Shown: piece after piece, positions 13,561-25,349 of the stretch
Numbering within the stretch: the first letter of the stretch is position 1
Layout: every line of letters begins with the position of its first letter
DNA from: Macrostomum hystrix
Lineage: Eukaryota; Animalia; Platyhelminthes
Length of the DNA: 64,000 nucleotides
NCBI GenBank assembly: GCA_950097015.1
Contig: CATNEN010000005.1
Span: 806,001-870,000, forward strand
Direction: 5' to 3'
Made by a program: the position numbers and the translations under genes
Notes under the pieces: generated by a model
The model's database searches: none
The model's input: only the letters and a program-made list of their open reading frames with translations
What the model was told of the DNA's origin: nothing

Positions 13561-13565
13561 TTTAA
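13230..13565 (+). mobile_element. tRNA-derived SINE family A, full length, CORE/V-like central domain, (ATT)n tail
   Basis: A-box-like GCAGCCTAGTGG, B-box GGTTCGATTCC, central TGTGTCCTTTAGCAAGACACTTAAC...CCCAGCTGTTAAATGGGTACC, and an ATT tail. Other copies at ~23465, 31405 and 58563. Confidence 0.85.
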
Positions 13566-14254
13566 TAAATATTTCCTTTGAAAACAAATTGCTGCTCAAA
13601 AGTAGCTCAGACAAAAAAGCCATGCACAACAAAACTACTGACAAAAATTTATTCAGTAGCAGCTTTTCGTGCTCTCGCGAGATCTCGAGTTTTTTTAAGT
13701 ACGACATTTGCTTCTACGGCCAGTGGTGGTTAATGAGTGGCCTATCTTGTGGATATAAAAGCTTATCACAGGAATTTCTGTGAGCTTGTGCTGGGACTGT
13801 GGGCTTGTCTATAAAGATTTGTAATTCTTCACTGTTCGGTCGGTCAACCGCTCCGGAGATACCACGCTACCTCAATGCACTGAACTCTGACTTTGTACAC
13901 AAGCTTTTTCGAGCAGCTTCTGAAAGCCTGTTCCAATTATCTGGAGTTGAGCGAGAGTGCAGAAGAATTTCGCTGTGAGATCTACGGAGAAGCAGACCAA
14001 GATCTACTCTGACCAGGTGCTTGTTTAGGTGCCATTCTTGCTGAGTTGACATTTGTCAACTGACCTGGAATGTTTGAGATGTGTGGCTGTCTCTGTTTGT
14101 TCTAAGAAATTTTGTCTCTCTCAAACAGCAGGAATATTTATCGCTTTATTCGTGTGGCTTCTTCTGCTGGTGCTTACGATAATTTTATCCCTGGCGGGGT
14201 AAAAGGTCATGGGACAATAGGAGCAGTGATTTTAGTAATCGTTTAATGTAATAT

Positions 14255-15346
14255 TATAGCATGGTTTCCGAGGTCTTTAATGTCATGGCCGAGGGCGCGG
14301 AAGCGCCTCGAGGCCATAGACATTAAAAACCGAGGAAACCGTGCTATAGGGTTATTGTAGTACGATAATAGTTTCCCCATCTATTTTAAAGATTTCTCTA
14401 AAAATGGATCAGTCCGAGGACGCGAAAGACCGTCTGACTGGGGAAACACCCATTAAAGACCGATGTCTATATTTCTTATGTCTATGGCCGAATATAGCGA
14501 GTTAAACTCTGGATCTTCTGGATCGAAATCACTTAACCTGATGGAAGGAGATAGATCCTACCCTAGCGGTCTGCTACATATTGAATACGGAGACATAGTT
14601 GGACTGACGAAGGACGAGATAGCCGCACGCATGGAAGCTGACAACGCTCTATTTGCTCTAGAAATGGACGCAGATAGAATAGAAGAGATCGCGGCTGCAT
14701 TCGCTGCGAGAATTGATGATAATACGCTTGCCGAACTGCTAGATGCAAAAGAGCCTCGAAACGAAGATATCGAGGCTATAATGCAAGATCTTGATTTGGT
14801 TGAGAAAAAAACTGAACCACCAAGTGCGAGTCAGCAAGAAAAATGGGCTCTAGAAAAATTTTATTCGACCATGGAATCCCTTCAACTTGAAGTCGACATT
14901 AAGACCTGCGCAGAGGAGCGATTGGCGGCCTGTATCCGAATTGCGTATGGAACTATCAAGCGCTCTGACGGTGGGTACTATGCACCTGCTACTTTGCGCT
15001 GTTTCCGGGCCGGTTTGTATCGCTGGCTGCTTCGGATGCGTGGAGTGGATATCATATCTAACCAGCTGTTCAAAAAAGCGAACAAAATGTTAAAAGTTGC
15101 TGCTAAACTGTTTCTGGAGAACGGCGGAGAAGTAAAGAGATTCAGCTCCATAGAAGACGATGATCTAGCTAAGCTTCGAAAGTATTTCGATCGGAGCACA
15201 CCAGCAAAGTTACAGCATGAGTTCTATTACAATATGATAAATCATTTATAGCTTAACGACCATAGACAATTTGAGTTTAACCAATTTTTTGGATTACCCT
15301 AGGGAAATCCCAGGGACGCGAAAGACCGCTTTTATCGTACTACAAT
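14255..15346 (+). mobile_element. Crypton-like (tyrosine-recombinase-family) element, internally truncated
   Basis: 94-bp palindrome at 14255-14348; 15-bp inverted repeats at 14354-14368 and 15332-15346; 15-bp direct repeats at 14418-14432 and 15314-15328. These enclose a DUF3504-like ORF. Confidence 0.55.
14463..15251 (+). CDS. DUF3504/KCTD1-ZMYM-like tyrosine-recombinase-derived ORF, truncated before the catalytic region (262 aa)
   Basis: Motifs KRSDGGYYAPATLRCFRAGLYRWL and IEDDDLAKLRKYFDRSTPAKLQHEFYYNM resemble the N-terminal part of Crypton/DUF3504 proteins (recognised from memory). The ORF stops before the expected xRG.E box. Confidence 0.55.
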   Translation: MSIFLMSMAEYSELNSGSSGSKSLNLMEGDRSYPSGLLHIEYGDIVGLTKDEIAARMEADNALFALEMDADRIEEIAAAFAARIDDNTLAELLDAKEPRNEDIEAIMQDLDLVEKKTEPPSASQQEKWALEKFYSTMESLQLEVDIKTCAEERLAACIRIAYGTIKRSDGGYYAPATLRCFRAGLYRWLLRMRGVDIISNQLFKKANKMLKVAAKLFLENGGEVKRFSSIEDDDLAKLRKYFDRSTPAKLQHEFYYNMINHL

Positions 15347-15979
15347 TAGATTTTTAGAGTTGGCTGCTCTTATTATAAGGAAAGTTATCGCTTTATTTTA
15401 GATTATAATTCGCGTATTTGTTACTTGAAATTAATATTTTCAATGGAAGATAAAAACTCTAGATATAATCTCCATTACCAAGTGCTGCCTAAATGCATAA
15501 GCTGGTGTGTATCAGTTTCTATCAGACGCCGTGAACATATAATGCATTTAAGGATGCAATACTTTTGATTGATGGAAAAATAGTTAATTATGATGATTCA
15601 ACGTAGAAAGGGATTTTTGTAAATTGGTAATGTCAGTAAGGCTAAAAAAATATTAGCCTATTAAACATAGAGTGAGCTCAAACTTATTCGAAACTTTGCC
15701 GCAGCAAGCCTAATATATTTTGGTGACGCAATCATTCTGCCGCCTTCACATACGACAGAAAGAAAATGCTTTTAGCTGCTTTTCCACAGTCTGAAACTGT
15801 ATTTTTAGAGTCATTCTGTAAGCCAATTAATTCTCGAGACACTTAACTCGAGTCCGGAGAGAAATCTCATTGCACAGCCTGCCAATTAACACGGAGACAA
15901 GGGTGAAGAGAATATTTGGAAGGAGAATGAAACTTTTTAAATCACAGAATCCAAAATAAAATTATGGGACACATAATAG

Positions 15980-16142
15980 AGTGACGCACAGGATTAGTAT
16001 GGGATAGACGCACAGAATTAGTATAGGGTAGACGCACAGAATTAGTATGGGGTAGACGCACAGAATTAGTATAGGGAAGAGTGACGCACAGAATTTGGAT
16101 GGGATAGAGTGACGCACAGAATTTGGATGGGATAGAGTGACA
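15980..16142. repeat. Short ~24-26 bp minisatellite with GACGCACAGA core
   Basis: About 6 tandem units; the core is shared with the 5979-6183 array. Confidence 0.75.
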
Positions 16143-16222
16143 GTCTAATCCTTGGATTAATTGGCACTTTTTGGTGAAAACACGATAAATATTGGTCTAG
16201 ACATTCAATCGCTAGAGCATTT

Positions 16223-16362
<140 letters not shown>

Positions 16363-17255
16363 TCTTAGACATTGTAGGTAGTAGGTAGTAGAATCTACAA
16401 ATAATCCATAACTCTTGAAAGCACTTTGACTGCAGATTACACTGTCACTAACCTTACCAGGATGATTAAAGCTAACCTTTATTTGGGGTCGGTGATATAG
16501 TAGAAGTATAAGTCCGCGCGCCGACTGTCAGCAACCGACATTCAACACATTCAAAAAAATTCTCACCAAGGGCTGTAAAGAGAAGATTTTAGAATAATAT
16601 CGATCGATATCAATTGTGACTGTCTTTAAAAATGTTTAACAGTTGAACAACCAGGGGGGTTTCCAACCCAGAAAATTTTTTTGCTGCGCCCGAACGGAGC
16701 AACGCAAGCAAACGAAACTCAAGAACACGAGCCAACTTTTTGTTGCGCATCTTCTGAAACAAGAACCAAGTCGCCAGTCCTTCAGACCGTCGAGATATTC
16801 AACGATTCTGACCGAAGGTATGATTTTTCCCATAAGCGCTAGTGCATTTCATACAGCCCTATAATACATGAATTAGCACTGCGCCTCAGTGCGACATTGC
16901 CAGGCCAAGGAAGTCAGAGATAATGCAGGCACATTCGGGTGACGTGCTCATAAAGTTTGAAGGTCTGGCATAAAAAATTGTCAGGGGGGGGTAATTTCCC
17001 CACCTCTTGCTAGAAAAAAACGGGCGGCGAAATGGCTTGGTAGTCCAACTGGTTAATCAGATTAGTCGTAAAAATCATCAAAACGTGTTTTTGCCCCTCT
17101 CAGGCTCAAGCCTTGCCACAGATTTTGTAGTTCAATAGTTGTATTTTGTTTGCTGCAAACAACAACGCGGGCAGAAAAATAAGAAAAACTATTGGGATTG
17201 ATTTTCATCACCGTAAAACAGCTGCCTTCTCAGCACAAGATTTGTAATTTGCTTC

Positions 17256-18167
17256 TCAGCAGATCTGAAACAAGAGAGCCACTTCAGCGCTGCTCAGAGC
17301 TCTCTGACACACTCCGAAGCATTTCATGCAGCCCTGGAACACTCGATTGTGCGTGGCAGAGCGAGTGATCGCTCCGATTTGCACCATGTTGCCAAAGTTC
17401 GCACAGGATGTCACGGCGACTGAAGAGCCACTGGTAGCCAGAGTTCCGTTCACGAAGATCCAGAAAGCCGGTGTGTTTCTGTTGTACACTGCAGCGATGT
17501 GAGTCCAACCGCTTGCCGTGTTAGTGGGTCCTGGCACTGTGAGCTGGGACAGAGGAGACTCAACTGAGAACTCAATATTAGTGCTAGCAGGAAACAGCCA
17601 GAGTCGAGTAAAATATCCAGCTGGCATCGTCAGGCCTTCAAACAGAGGCATGGCGCCTCGAGATTGGTTCGACACCTTCACCCACACAGAGAACGTGAAG
17701 CTCGTGAGACACTCTGAAGCCAGCTGGTCGATGTTGAATCGCTCATTCACACCGAACTGACCAGTGAAGTTGACCGCACTGTCCGTGTACTGCATGGCCA
17801 TGTTCTCCTGCAGGTCGAGATGGCCGCTGTTCGAGGCCACATTGCGGCTGCGAGTGGCGTTGCTCATGGGCCAGAAGGCGACGAGGCTGAGCTGACGCAG
17901 GACGCTCCACACCTCGCAGTCGGTGTCGTTCGAGAGTCGCACAGTTTGCACGCTGTCCGACACGTTGCAGACGCCTGTGCGGTAGCTCCAGCCGATGCAG
18001 AGACGGAGCTGAGAGCACAGGAAGGCGCACGAGCGAGCGCTTGAGGCCGTCAGCAGGTGTTGGGGAGTCTGAGCGACCACGCAGCCTCCGAGCGACATTT
18101 CGTGCTTGGTCTGACCTGCGCACGGGCCAAAGAATAAAAGCGGTAGTAGAGCAATATAGTGAATCAT
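17256..18167 (-). CDS. Secreted PAN/Apple-like + LamG-like protein, copy 4
   Basis: The ORF-track start at 18194 is GTG; the ATG is at 18167 (MIHYIALLPLLFFGPCAG) in AAAATG context. The C-half is almost identical to copy 2. Confidence 0.88.
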   Translation of the reverse strand: MIHYIALLPLLFFGPCAGQTKHEMSLGGCVVAQTPQHLLTASSARSCAFLCSQLRLCIGWSYRTGVCNVSDSVQTVRLSNDTDCEVWSVLRQLSLVAFWPMSNATRSRNVASNSGHLDLQENMAMQYTDSAVNFTGQFGVNERFNIDQLASECLTSFTFSVWVKVSNQSRGAMPLFEGLTMPAGYFTRLWLFPASTNIEFSVESPLSQLTVPGPTNTASGWTHIAAVYNRNTPAFWIFVNGTLATSGSSVAVTSCANFGNMVQIGAITRSATHNRVFQGCMKCFGVCQRALSSAEVALLFQIC

Positions 18168-18949
18168 TTTAACTGTTTTTTCAATACGAGTCACTCAAAT
18201 CGCTATTGTTTGAGAGACGGGTTCTGTGTCGCTGGTATTCTCTCCGACGTTTTTTATTGAACTTTTTATGTCAATGGTATCGTCTGAACTTTATTTGTCT
18301 GTAAACACAACCAATCAGGAGCTTTGCTTGAATTTTGAGGTGATTATCATACCCCTCATGAGTAGGACGCATTCAATTAAGTATTTGTTTCATGCAAGTA
18401 CTATCGGGCATTGGCTTTGACAAGTTCGAGATCACATCCAATTAACGTGTTTTTTAAACGTGCTTAGAACCGTTCCTCAGCGGCACAATGAGGTAAGGTA
18501 AGACAGCTCCATTAGCTAAAATTTTTATCAATATTTTTTCATCAATTGAGTTTGCGTTCCATCAGTCGATGGCTTAGCAGCACTGTTTGGCGTTGGCTAC
18601 GATTGGGCAGTAAAGCTTTCAACAGCTCTTTATCGCTGGGGTCATTTTTTAATGGTATTAAAATATTTTTCAGAAATGCTTTTTTTAGAAATGCGATCCT
18701 GCCCTTGGCAGGGCAAAGTCAGCTCAGCTTAGCTTAAAATGGCATTTGTGACGATATAAGCCATTGCAGATTCAATAACCTTACTATGAGCAGAAATGAT
18801 GGTTTTTTAAAGAGTCAAAGCTAGCAAAAATAAATTTTTATAAAAGTAAATGTAATTAGAATTATTTGTATACATTAGATAAGACAGGATGAATTCCCTG
18901 TGAGTGACTGGCAATGCGATGTGAACTTTTTTGGTTTCTTAAACGGCTT

Positions 18950-19800
18950 GGCGGAAATAACGAGGCAGGTCACAAAAACTCACTGCAGTCAGCCAGACCG
19001 AATATCAATAATTCGCGCAGGTCGAGCAGTCTTTCCGGCGGTACCAAAAGAAGGCCAGGGGCCGTCTCGATCCTCACACCGAGGCAGTGGCGTAGCCAGG
19101 ATTTTTTTCTTGGGGGGGGCACCTCTGGGGGGCGCCACTACAAGGAGGCACCACTACCAGGGGGCGCCAAATAAGTTTTTCATCCGATTAGGGAGGCCAC
19201 GGCCCCACTTTGCCGCCCACCCTGGCTACGCCCCTGCATCGAGGAACACGTCTATGTCTTGCGTCGGAGGAATGGACTTCTCGTGGCTAACCTCGAAGCC
19301 TAAACACTTCAGGAGGGAGTCCAACAGTTTCTCGTAGGCCTAGGAGCACTCATCGTGCGTAGCAGCAGTGACCACAAAGTCATCCAGGTAGTTGAAAATA
19401 GCAGAGAAGTCGTCCTTATACAGCCATGAAGCCACGAATGGCTTGCGAGATGCGATGAAAACTCGAGACAGACCCAGCCACACCCATCGGAAGTCGCCGA
19501 TATTTCATGTAGGTGACTTAATCATCACCGGTGAACTTGAATTTGAGACCGAGCAGGGGCCAGCAGTCCTGGCGACAGGCAACCGACCGGTAGGAAGCGG
19601 AGCTTGCGGTCTGCAGTGAAGAAATCATTCACAGAGCCGTTAGCTGTGACTGAGCAGTCATGAATGAGTCAGATGCCTCCGGAGGACTTACAGATGGCTC
19701 CGAAAGGGCTGACCAAGTAAGGAGGGTCAGACATCACGGCGAGCAGACCCTTGCGAATCTCATCCCGCAGCTGACTGTCGACTTCCGCTCTGCATTTCTC
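18950..19800 (-). pseudogene. Degenerate DIRS/Ngaro-type reverse transcriptase fragment
   Basis: Minus-strand translation across stops and frameshifts gives YRSVACRQDCWPLLGLKF, YRRLPMG, NYLDDF (19379-19390) and LGFEVSHEKSIPPTQDIDVFL|GVRIET. Confidence 0.7.
19085..19236. mobile_element. hAT-type MITE (152 bp)
   Basis: TIRs CAGTGGCGTAGCCAGG / CCTGGCTACGCCCCTG; 8-bp TSD CACCGAGG / CATCGAGG (7/8 match). It interrupts the DIRS RT at the FLG motif. Confidence 0.8.
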
Positions 19801-20216
19801 TAGGGATGAGTACTAGTTCTCGGATTCATTTGTGAATTCTTCGTTATGTCGGCGCACTGTGGCACTCCAACTGACACTCGAAATTTCAGTTTTTTTACCA
19901 AGGATCTTGAAAGAAACTTATTCAGGAACTATTGAAACTATTAAAAGTTAAAGTAAAAATATAACAAATGAGAATGAGAATTAAATTTTACTTTTTTGTC
20001 GTTTTAATTATCATCAAACATTGCTAATTGGGCATGTGTAAAATTCAGCCGGCTTGTTTTTGACATTGTGTTACTCAAGGCTTACAACACAAAAAACAAT
20101 TCTATAGATATATTTTATTTGCTGAAAACAAATTAGCGAGGAAAAAGGCAAAAACTCGTCAACTCACACCACTAAGAATTGAGTATGGTGCTCATCACAG
20201 TAAAACAGCTGCCTTC

Positions 20217-21134
20217 TCAGCACAACTCAAACAAGAGGGCCACTTCAGTGCTGCTCAGAGCTCTCTGAGACACTCCGAAGCATTTCATGTAGCCCTGAAA
20301 CACTCGATTGTGCGTGGCAGAGCGAGTGGTCGCTCCGATCTGAACGAAATTACCAAGCTTTGCGCATGATGTCAGGGCAGCTGCTGAGTTCGTGGCCGCA
20401 ATCGTTCCATTCACATAGATCCTGCATGCTGGAGTGTGTCCGTCATACACTGCTGAGACATGGCTCCAACTGGTGGCATTGGGGATGAATCTGCGTTGAT
20501 TGAGCACGGATTCCGGTGCTGTGACTGTCATATCAATATCAGTGCTAGCAGGATACAGCCAGAGCCGAGTGTATCCTTGTGAATTGACCAGGCTTTCGAA
20601 AAGAGGCATGGCGCCTCGAGATTGGTTCGACACCTTCACCCACACAGAGAACGTGAAGCTCGTGAGACACTCTGAAGCCAGCTGGTCGATGTTGAATCGC
20701 TCATTCACATCGAACTGACCAGTGAAGTTGACCGCACTGTCCGTGTACTGCATGGCCATGTTCTCCTGCAGGTCGAGATGGCCGCTGTTCGAGGCCACAT
20801 TGCGGCTGCGAGTGGCGTTGCTCATGGGCCAGAAGGCGACGAGGCTGAGCTGACGCAGGACGCTCCACATCTCGCAGTCGGTGTCGTTCGAGAGTCGCAC
20901 AGTTTGCACGCTGTCCGACACGTTGCAGACGCCTGTGCGGTAGCTCCAGCCGATGCAGAGACGGAGCTGAGAGCAGAGGAAGGCGCACGAGCGAGCGCTT
21001 GAGGCCGTCAGCAGGTGTTGGGGAGTCTGAGCGACCACACAGCCACCGACTGACAGGTCGTGCTTCATCTGACCTGCACACTGGCTGAAGATTTGTGACA
21101 TTAGTACCGCAACGAAGTGCAGCTTGTAACTCAT
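20217..21134 (-). CDS. Secreted PAN/Apple-like + LamG-like protein, copy 5
   Basis: The ORF-track start at 21140 is GTG; the ATG is at 21134 (MSYKLHFVAVLMSQIFSQCAG). Intact ORF with a divergent C-half. Confidence 0.88.
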   Translation of the reverse strand: MSYKLHFVAVLMSQIFSQCAGQMKHDLSVGGCVVAQTPQHLLTASSARSCAFLCSQLRLCIGWSYRTGVCNVSDSVQTVRLSNDTDCEMWSVLRQLSLVAFWPMSNATRSRNVASNSGHLDLQENMAMQYTDSAVNFTGQFDVNERFNIDQLASECLTSFTFSVWVKVSNQSRGAMPLFESLVNSQGYTRLWLYPASTDIDMTVTAPESVLNQRRFIPNATSWSHVSAVYDGHTPACRIYVNGTIAATNSAAALTSCAKLGNFVQIGATTRSATHNRVFQGYMKCFGVSQRALSSTEVALLFELC

Positions 21135-21749
21135 TTCCACCGTTTTTCTTGTGAATAACTTTTCGTTAAGCTTTGAGTAGCTTTGCTGACGCTTATCAAG
21201 AACAAGTTAGAAAAACTTCAAACACAACTATTTCTTTGCTTAAATCCAAAAAGCTAACCAATTAGCTTGATGGAATAGTTTGTGGAATGCTTGAATGCTT
21301 GTAGAATGTTGTTGCTATTTAAGTTGCCTCTCGTGAAACTTTTTGTCTAGGAAATTTTTAAGCCCTAATTAAGGGAAATATTTTCTTCGATGTCTCCAGC
21401 ACAATGCAATATTACTTTTTCACACATCTTAAATGGTTTGAGCTCACAAGCAGTCTGGTCTGGGGAATCTACTGTTGGCACTGAATGACTTAACTGACTT
21501 TAGGGCCTCCATAAACGCAAGAAATATAAAGCGTTAGTCAGACGCTGGCACATTCTAAAATGCTTTAACAGGCTCAAAGTTTCTCTCGTTATTGTCGCGA
21601 TGATTAGAGAAGACCACTTTAAGTAACACTGCCTGCTTGCTTAGGGCCTCAAGAAACCCCTTTGTCTCCAGGGCACTATTACAAATAAAGCCGGCAAAAG
21701 AGATGGCCGGTCTCAAAATGGTGTAGATCCAACAGAGACGGGTGGGTAA

Positions 21750-23070
21750 GGTCTCAGGTAGCACCAAAGGTTCTGCGGATCTGCGCAAGCGTCGCGAGAG
21801 CTTTGCGGGTTCTGAATTTGACGTGAGGTGTCCAGCTCAACCTGTGGTCGAGGATGACACCTAAGCATCTTGTTTGCTTCTCTATCGTGATGGATGCGTC
21901 ATATAGAAAGAAGAGGCTCAACCCTCCAGTTTCGTCTGCTGGTTAACATGATGGTAACGGTCTTGGACTTAAAGAGTTTAAGACCGTAGTTATGTGCCCA
22001 CCAGGAAAACTCTGAACGAAAGGCTACCCACGCAAGCCTGCAGCGGTGCCGTTGATCATCGCGGACGTCCGGCACTAGACCGCCAAGGTTGGTTGTGCTG
22101 ACAGCGTGGCACTTCCATCACCTGCTCGTCAGCGCCTTGTCAAAAGATTACGCCCTCGCAGTCGCCCGGCACGCAGAGCACGATGGTCTTTTGCTTGTTG
22201 ACCACCTGGCCGACGCTCGCAGCAAAAGCAACCAGCTTGTCCAGCTGCTGCTGGGCGCCATCGACAGTCGAGGACAGCAGGGCGAGATCATTGGCGTAGC
22301 CAAGCATGCTAAGCCGGCTCTTCGATCGGCGTCGTCCCACACGTCGCCGCGTCGCCGCAACAGAAAACCGTCGTCGTTTGTCAGCAGGGCAGTTCGTAGC
22401 ACCTAGTCGAGCACCAGAATGAACAGGAACGACGTCCCCTTTTAGCAGTCCGGAGGATGTGTCAAAAAGAATCCGAATCAAAAAGAATCAAAAGTCATCA
22501 CAGCAGCTTGCGTGTCGTGGTACATTACCATCACGACGGAAACCAGCTGCTCTGGTACGTTGTAAGCGCCAAGAACACAGCGAGGTCCTCAACACCGAGT
22601 CGAGGCCCTCAATACCGAGTCGAAAGCCTTCCTGAAATCAATGAAGATCAGGATGAGTGACAAATAGCAGATGCGCGCTTCCGCGATGCTAGGATCTGCG
22701 CCACTGTGACGCGATGGAGCCGGAACCCATTCTGCTCAGGCAGCAGAAGAGTAGGTAAGGATCCAGCAGCACGGGCTGCAACCGCGATAGCAGCATCCGG
22801 GTAAACAGCTTCGCTGCGCAGGACTGCTGGCAGATGCCTTGGTGCTCGATGGAATGGCGATGATGTGCACCATGGTCCACTCCGTTGGTGCCTTCTCACC
22901 GAAAAGCTCATCACTCGGGCGACTTCAGCGGCCACGCAGTGGAGCCACGGTGCTTCGATGGGCACTTTTGGGCAAGCAGTACAACATCGTCTTTGATGAC
23001 CGGTGCCACGCTGAAGCTCTCTGTCGACGGTAGCCGCGGCGGCAGTCTCTGGCGGCAGTCTCATGTTTTC
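21750..23070 (-). mobile_element. Degenerate non-LTR retrotransposon (RTE-like) RT fragment
   Basis: Broken motifs PEQNGFRLHRVTVAQILA, TSSGLLKGD, GYANDLALL (YADD-like), NKQKT and LGGLVPDVRDDQRHRCRLAWVAF. Confidence 0.7.
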
Positions 23071-23464
23071 GGGCAGCGGGGGTGGCGGCGCGTTGACAGC
23101 GGCGGCGAATGTCTATGTCTAGCGTTGACACAGACAGTTTCCAGGGCCTCTTCCGCCTTGCTTATGGGTCGCCTGATCAATCGGAGCCTCTCAAGCTCTG
23201 CCCTCGCTAGCTGGATAGCTGGATCGCACTGCCAGTTAAGCCGGTGTCATCAGCGGGACCGCTTGCTCCGCCGCGGCTCGAACTGCAGCACTGACCTCTG
23301 CGTACTCGGTGCTTTCACACTTGCCGCTCAGCGCGGTGATAATAGCGGGGGCGAATGTGTTAGGATCCATTAGCACGCGGTAGAAGCGCTAAATTTACTA
23401 TATTTAGATTTAGATTATATTTCGAACTAGATTTCGAGCGGACAGCACAGCCGCAGCTTCAGAG

Positions 23465-23695
23465 CGGAACATCTGAAGGCTACGCACGGCTGTTCAGTCC
23501 ATGGACGAGGGACTCTACAACCACCCTAATTTACCCCATGTGATACTGGTACCCATTTAACAGCTGGGTGAACTGAAGCAATGCAGAGTTAAGTGTCTTG
23601 CTAAAGGACACAAATTGTTCTAGTGGAGTCGGGAATCAAACCCCCGACCTTCAAGTCGTGAGTCCGACGCTCTAACCACAAGGCTACCACAACCC
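23465..23695 (-). mobile_element. SINE family A copy
   Basis: Reverse complement of the 13230 element. Confidence 0.8.
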
Positions 23696-23904
23696 GTTAT
23701 TAATGCCAAGTTTTTTATGAAGCGATTTGCGATTGTCTTGTAATCTAGTCTTTAGGTATACTAGCTTGTACTTCAAAATTACCTTGTACTTAGGGAGAAA
23801 GGTTTAATAGCAAAATATTTAGGGTGATAGTTTAGCCGCTTCGAGAAAGTTCTATGCGAAAATAACCGTACTAGCGGTATGATACGGTATGATACGGACT
23901 GATA

Positions 23905-24080
23905 ACGTGTTCGACTCTCGCAAAGGTCCTGAGCTCGATTCCACGGCGATGCAACATTCATTTGGGGCGCAGTCTTGGAGAGAAGGTTGGGGGCTTGTTA
24001 AGCAATTAACGTCCTTGAGGGCCACCTGTGTGAGTGTGTGCCTGCGTACAAAACAATGCGCTTGTGTTTGTCTATGGGGA
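23905..24080 (+). mobile_element. SINE family B, degenerate partial copy
   Basis: CTCGATTCCACGGCG...TTTGGGGCGCAG...GAGAAGG...GGGGCTTGT matches the 50790 element. Confidence 0.6.
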
Positions 24081-24654
24081 TGAGCACATGGTCATGCGGA
24101 GGAAGCAACAATTTTATCGAGGAAATAAAATAACAAGCAGGCCATGCGCATAAGCGTTCAGATAACGCATTTTAGAACCCAACGCACAGAATTCCAAGTG
24201 AGATTATTTTAGAAACAGCTGAGCTCACTACCACAAGTGATTGTACGCAACCGTATGAGATGGTTGGCCCTCTATTTATTGTACAATTTACAATTAGCAC
24301 TGAATTAATTTCGTGCCTTCTGTACCCATTAACCCGTGAAAGCCAACCCCTGTGGACAGTGATGAGTCACCGGGCCGTTCTGTTCGGTGTGAGAGTGAAC
24401 TCAAACTCGTCTGCTCAAGCCCTGCTTACTCGTTCGCGCACAGAACCTGAAAAAATAAGACAGAAAAGTTTGTGCTTATTGAAAAGTTTAGGCGGGTCGA
24501 AAAAAACTATCTGCGTAAAGAAAGGCCTTTGCACCGCAGAGCACACACTTTGCCCTCTAAGATTGAGCAGCTTAGACTGGCCAGCTAGTGAAACAGTTCC
24601 AAACTTTGGCAAAGGACCCAAGTCTAATAGAGAGAGCTTCAGCTTGAAGACACG

Positions 24655-25185
24655 ATGGAGCAGCAGCACAGATGGACGTCGATTCGCAATCCGCCATTCC
24701 GGCTGCAGCTGATTCTGCCAGCATCCGAGTCTACCGCCGCGAGCCAGTCAGATCACTGGCTTCCAGCCCCATCAACTGTTTCACCGCCGCCGCAGCATCA
24801 TCGACAACCGTACGCGCAGCTGCTACAGCTACGTCATCACCGGCTGAGGACCTACCAAATTGACGACGAAGAGCGCGACAACGACAGAACTTCGTCGTCT
24901 GAAAGTTCACTGGGCCCAAATGGACAGCGACCAGGTAGCTCAGATTCTGGCATCTCCGATTGCGGCGCCGCAAATCAGAATACGCCGAGCCAGACGGAGT
25001 CCGATGCTTCAACGGCGCCCGCCTGTCGCATCTGCTTGACCAGCCTATCCAGCGTTGGTCCATCAGCCGCTGCCAACTGCGGCCACGTCGCCTGCCTACC
25101 CTGCCTGATGACCTGGTATCGAACCAGATCTGTCTGTTTCTGCTGCCGGAGTGTCACGACAGGCTTCACATTGCTCTATCTCTGA
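24655..25185 (+). CDS. Single-exon C3HC4 RING finger protein (176 aa), putative E3 ligase
   Basis: C-terminal CRIC-x14-CGH-x2-CLPC-x3-W-x6-CFCC with a Ser/acidic low-complexity linker. The N-terminal frame is less certain. Confidence 0.7.
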   Translation: MEQQHRWTSIRNPPFRLQLILPASESTAASQSDHWLPAPSTVSPPPQHHRQPYAQLLQLRHHRLRTYQIDDEERDNDRTSSSESSLGPNGQRPGSSDSGISDCGAANQNTPSQTESDASTAPACRICLTSLSSVGPSAAANCGHVACLPCLMTWYRTRSVCFCCRSVTTGFTLLYL

Positions 25186-25349
25186 CTTCTAGCTAAGCGA
25201 CGTAAAAATTATTGCCAGTAAGTGTTGTTTTTATTACCAAAACATCATGGAGAATCATTTTACTTTGCTGGGCCAAAGAAAAACTTATGGAGCCAGGATG
25301 GTTCGAGCCGTGTCTCTGGGTTCGGGGCGAACAGGGGCATTAGTGGTTA

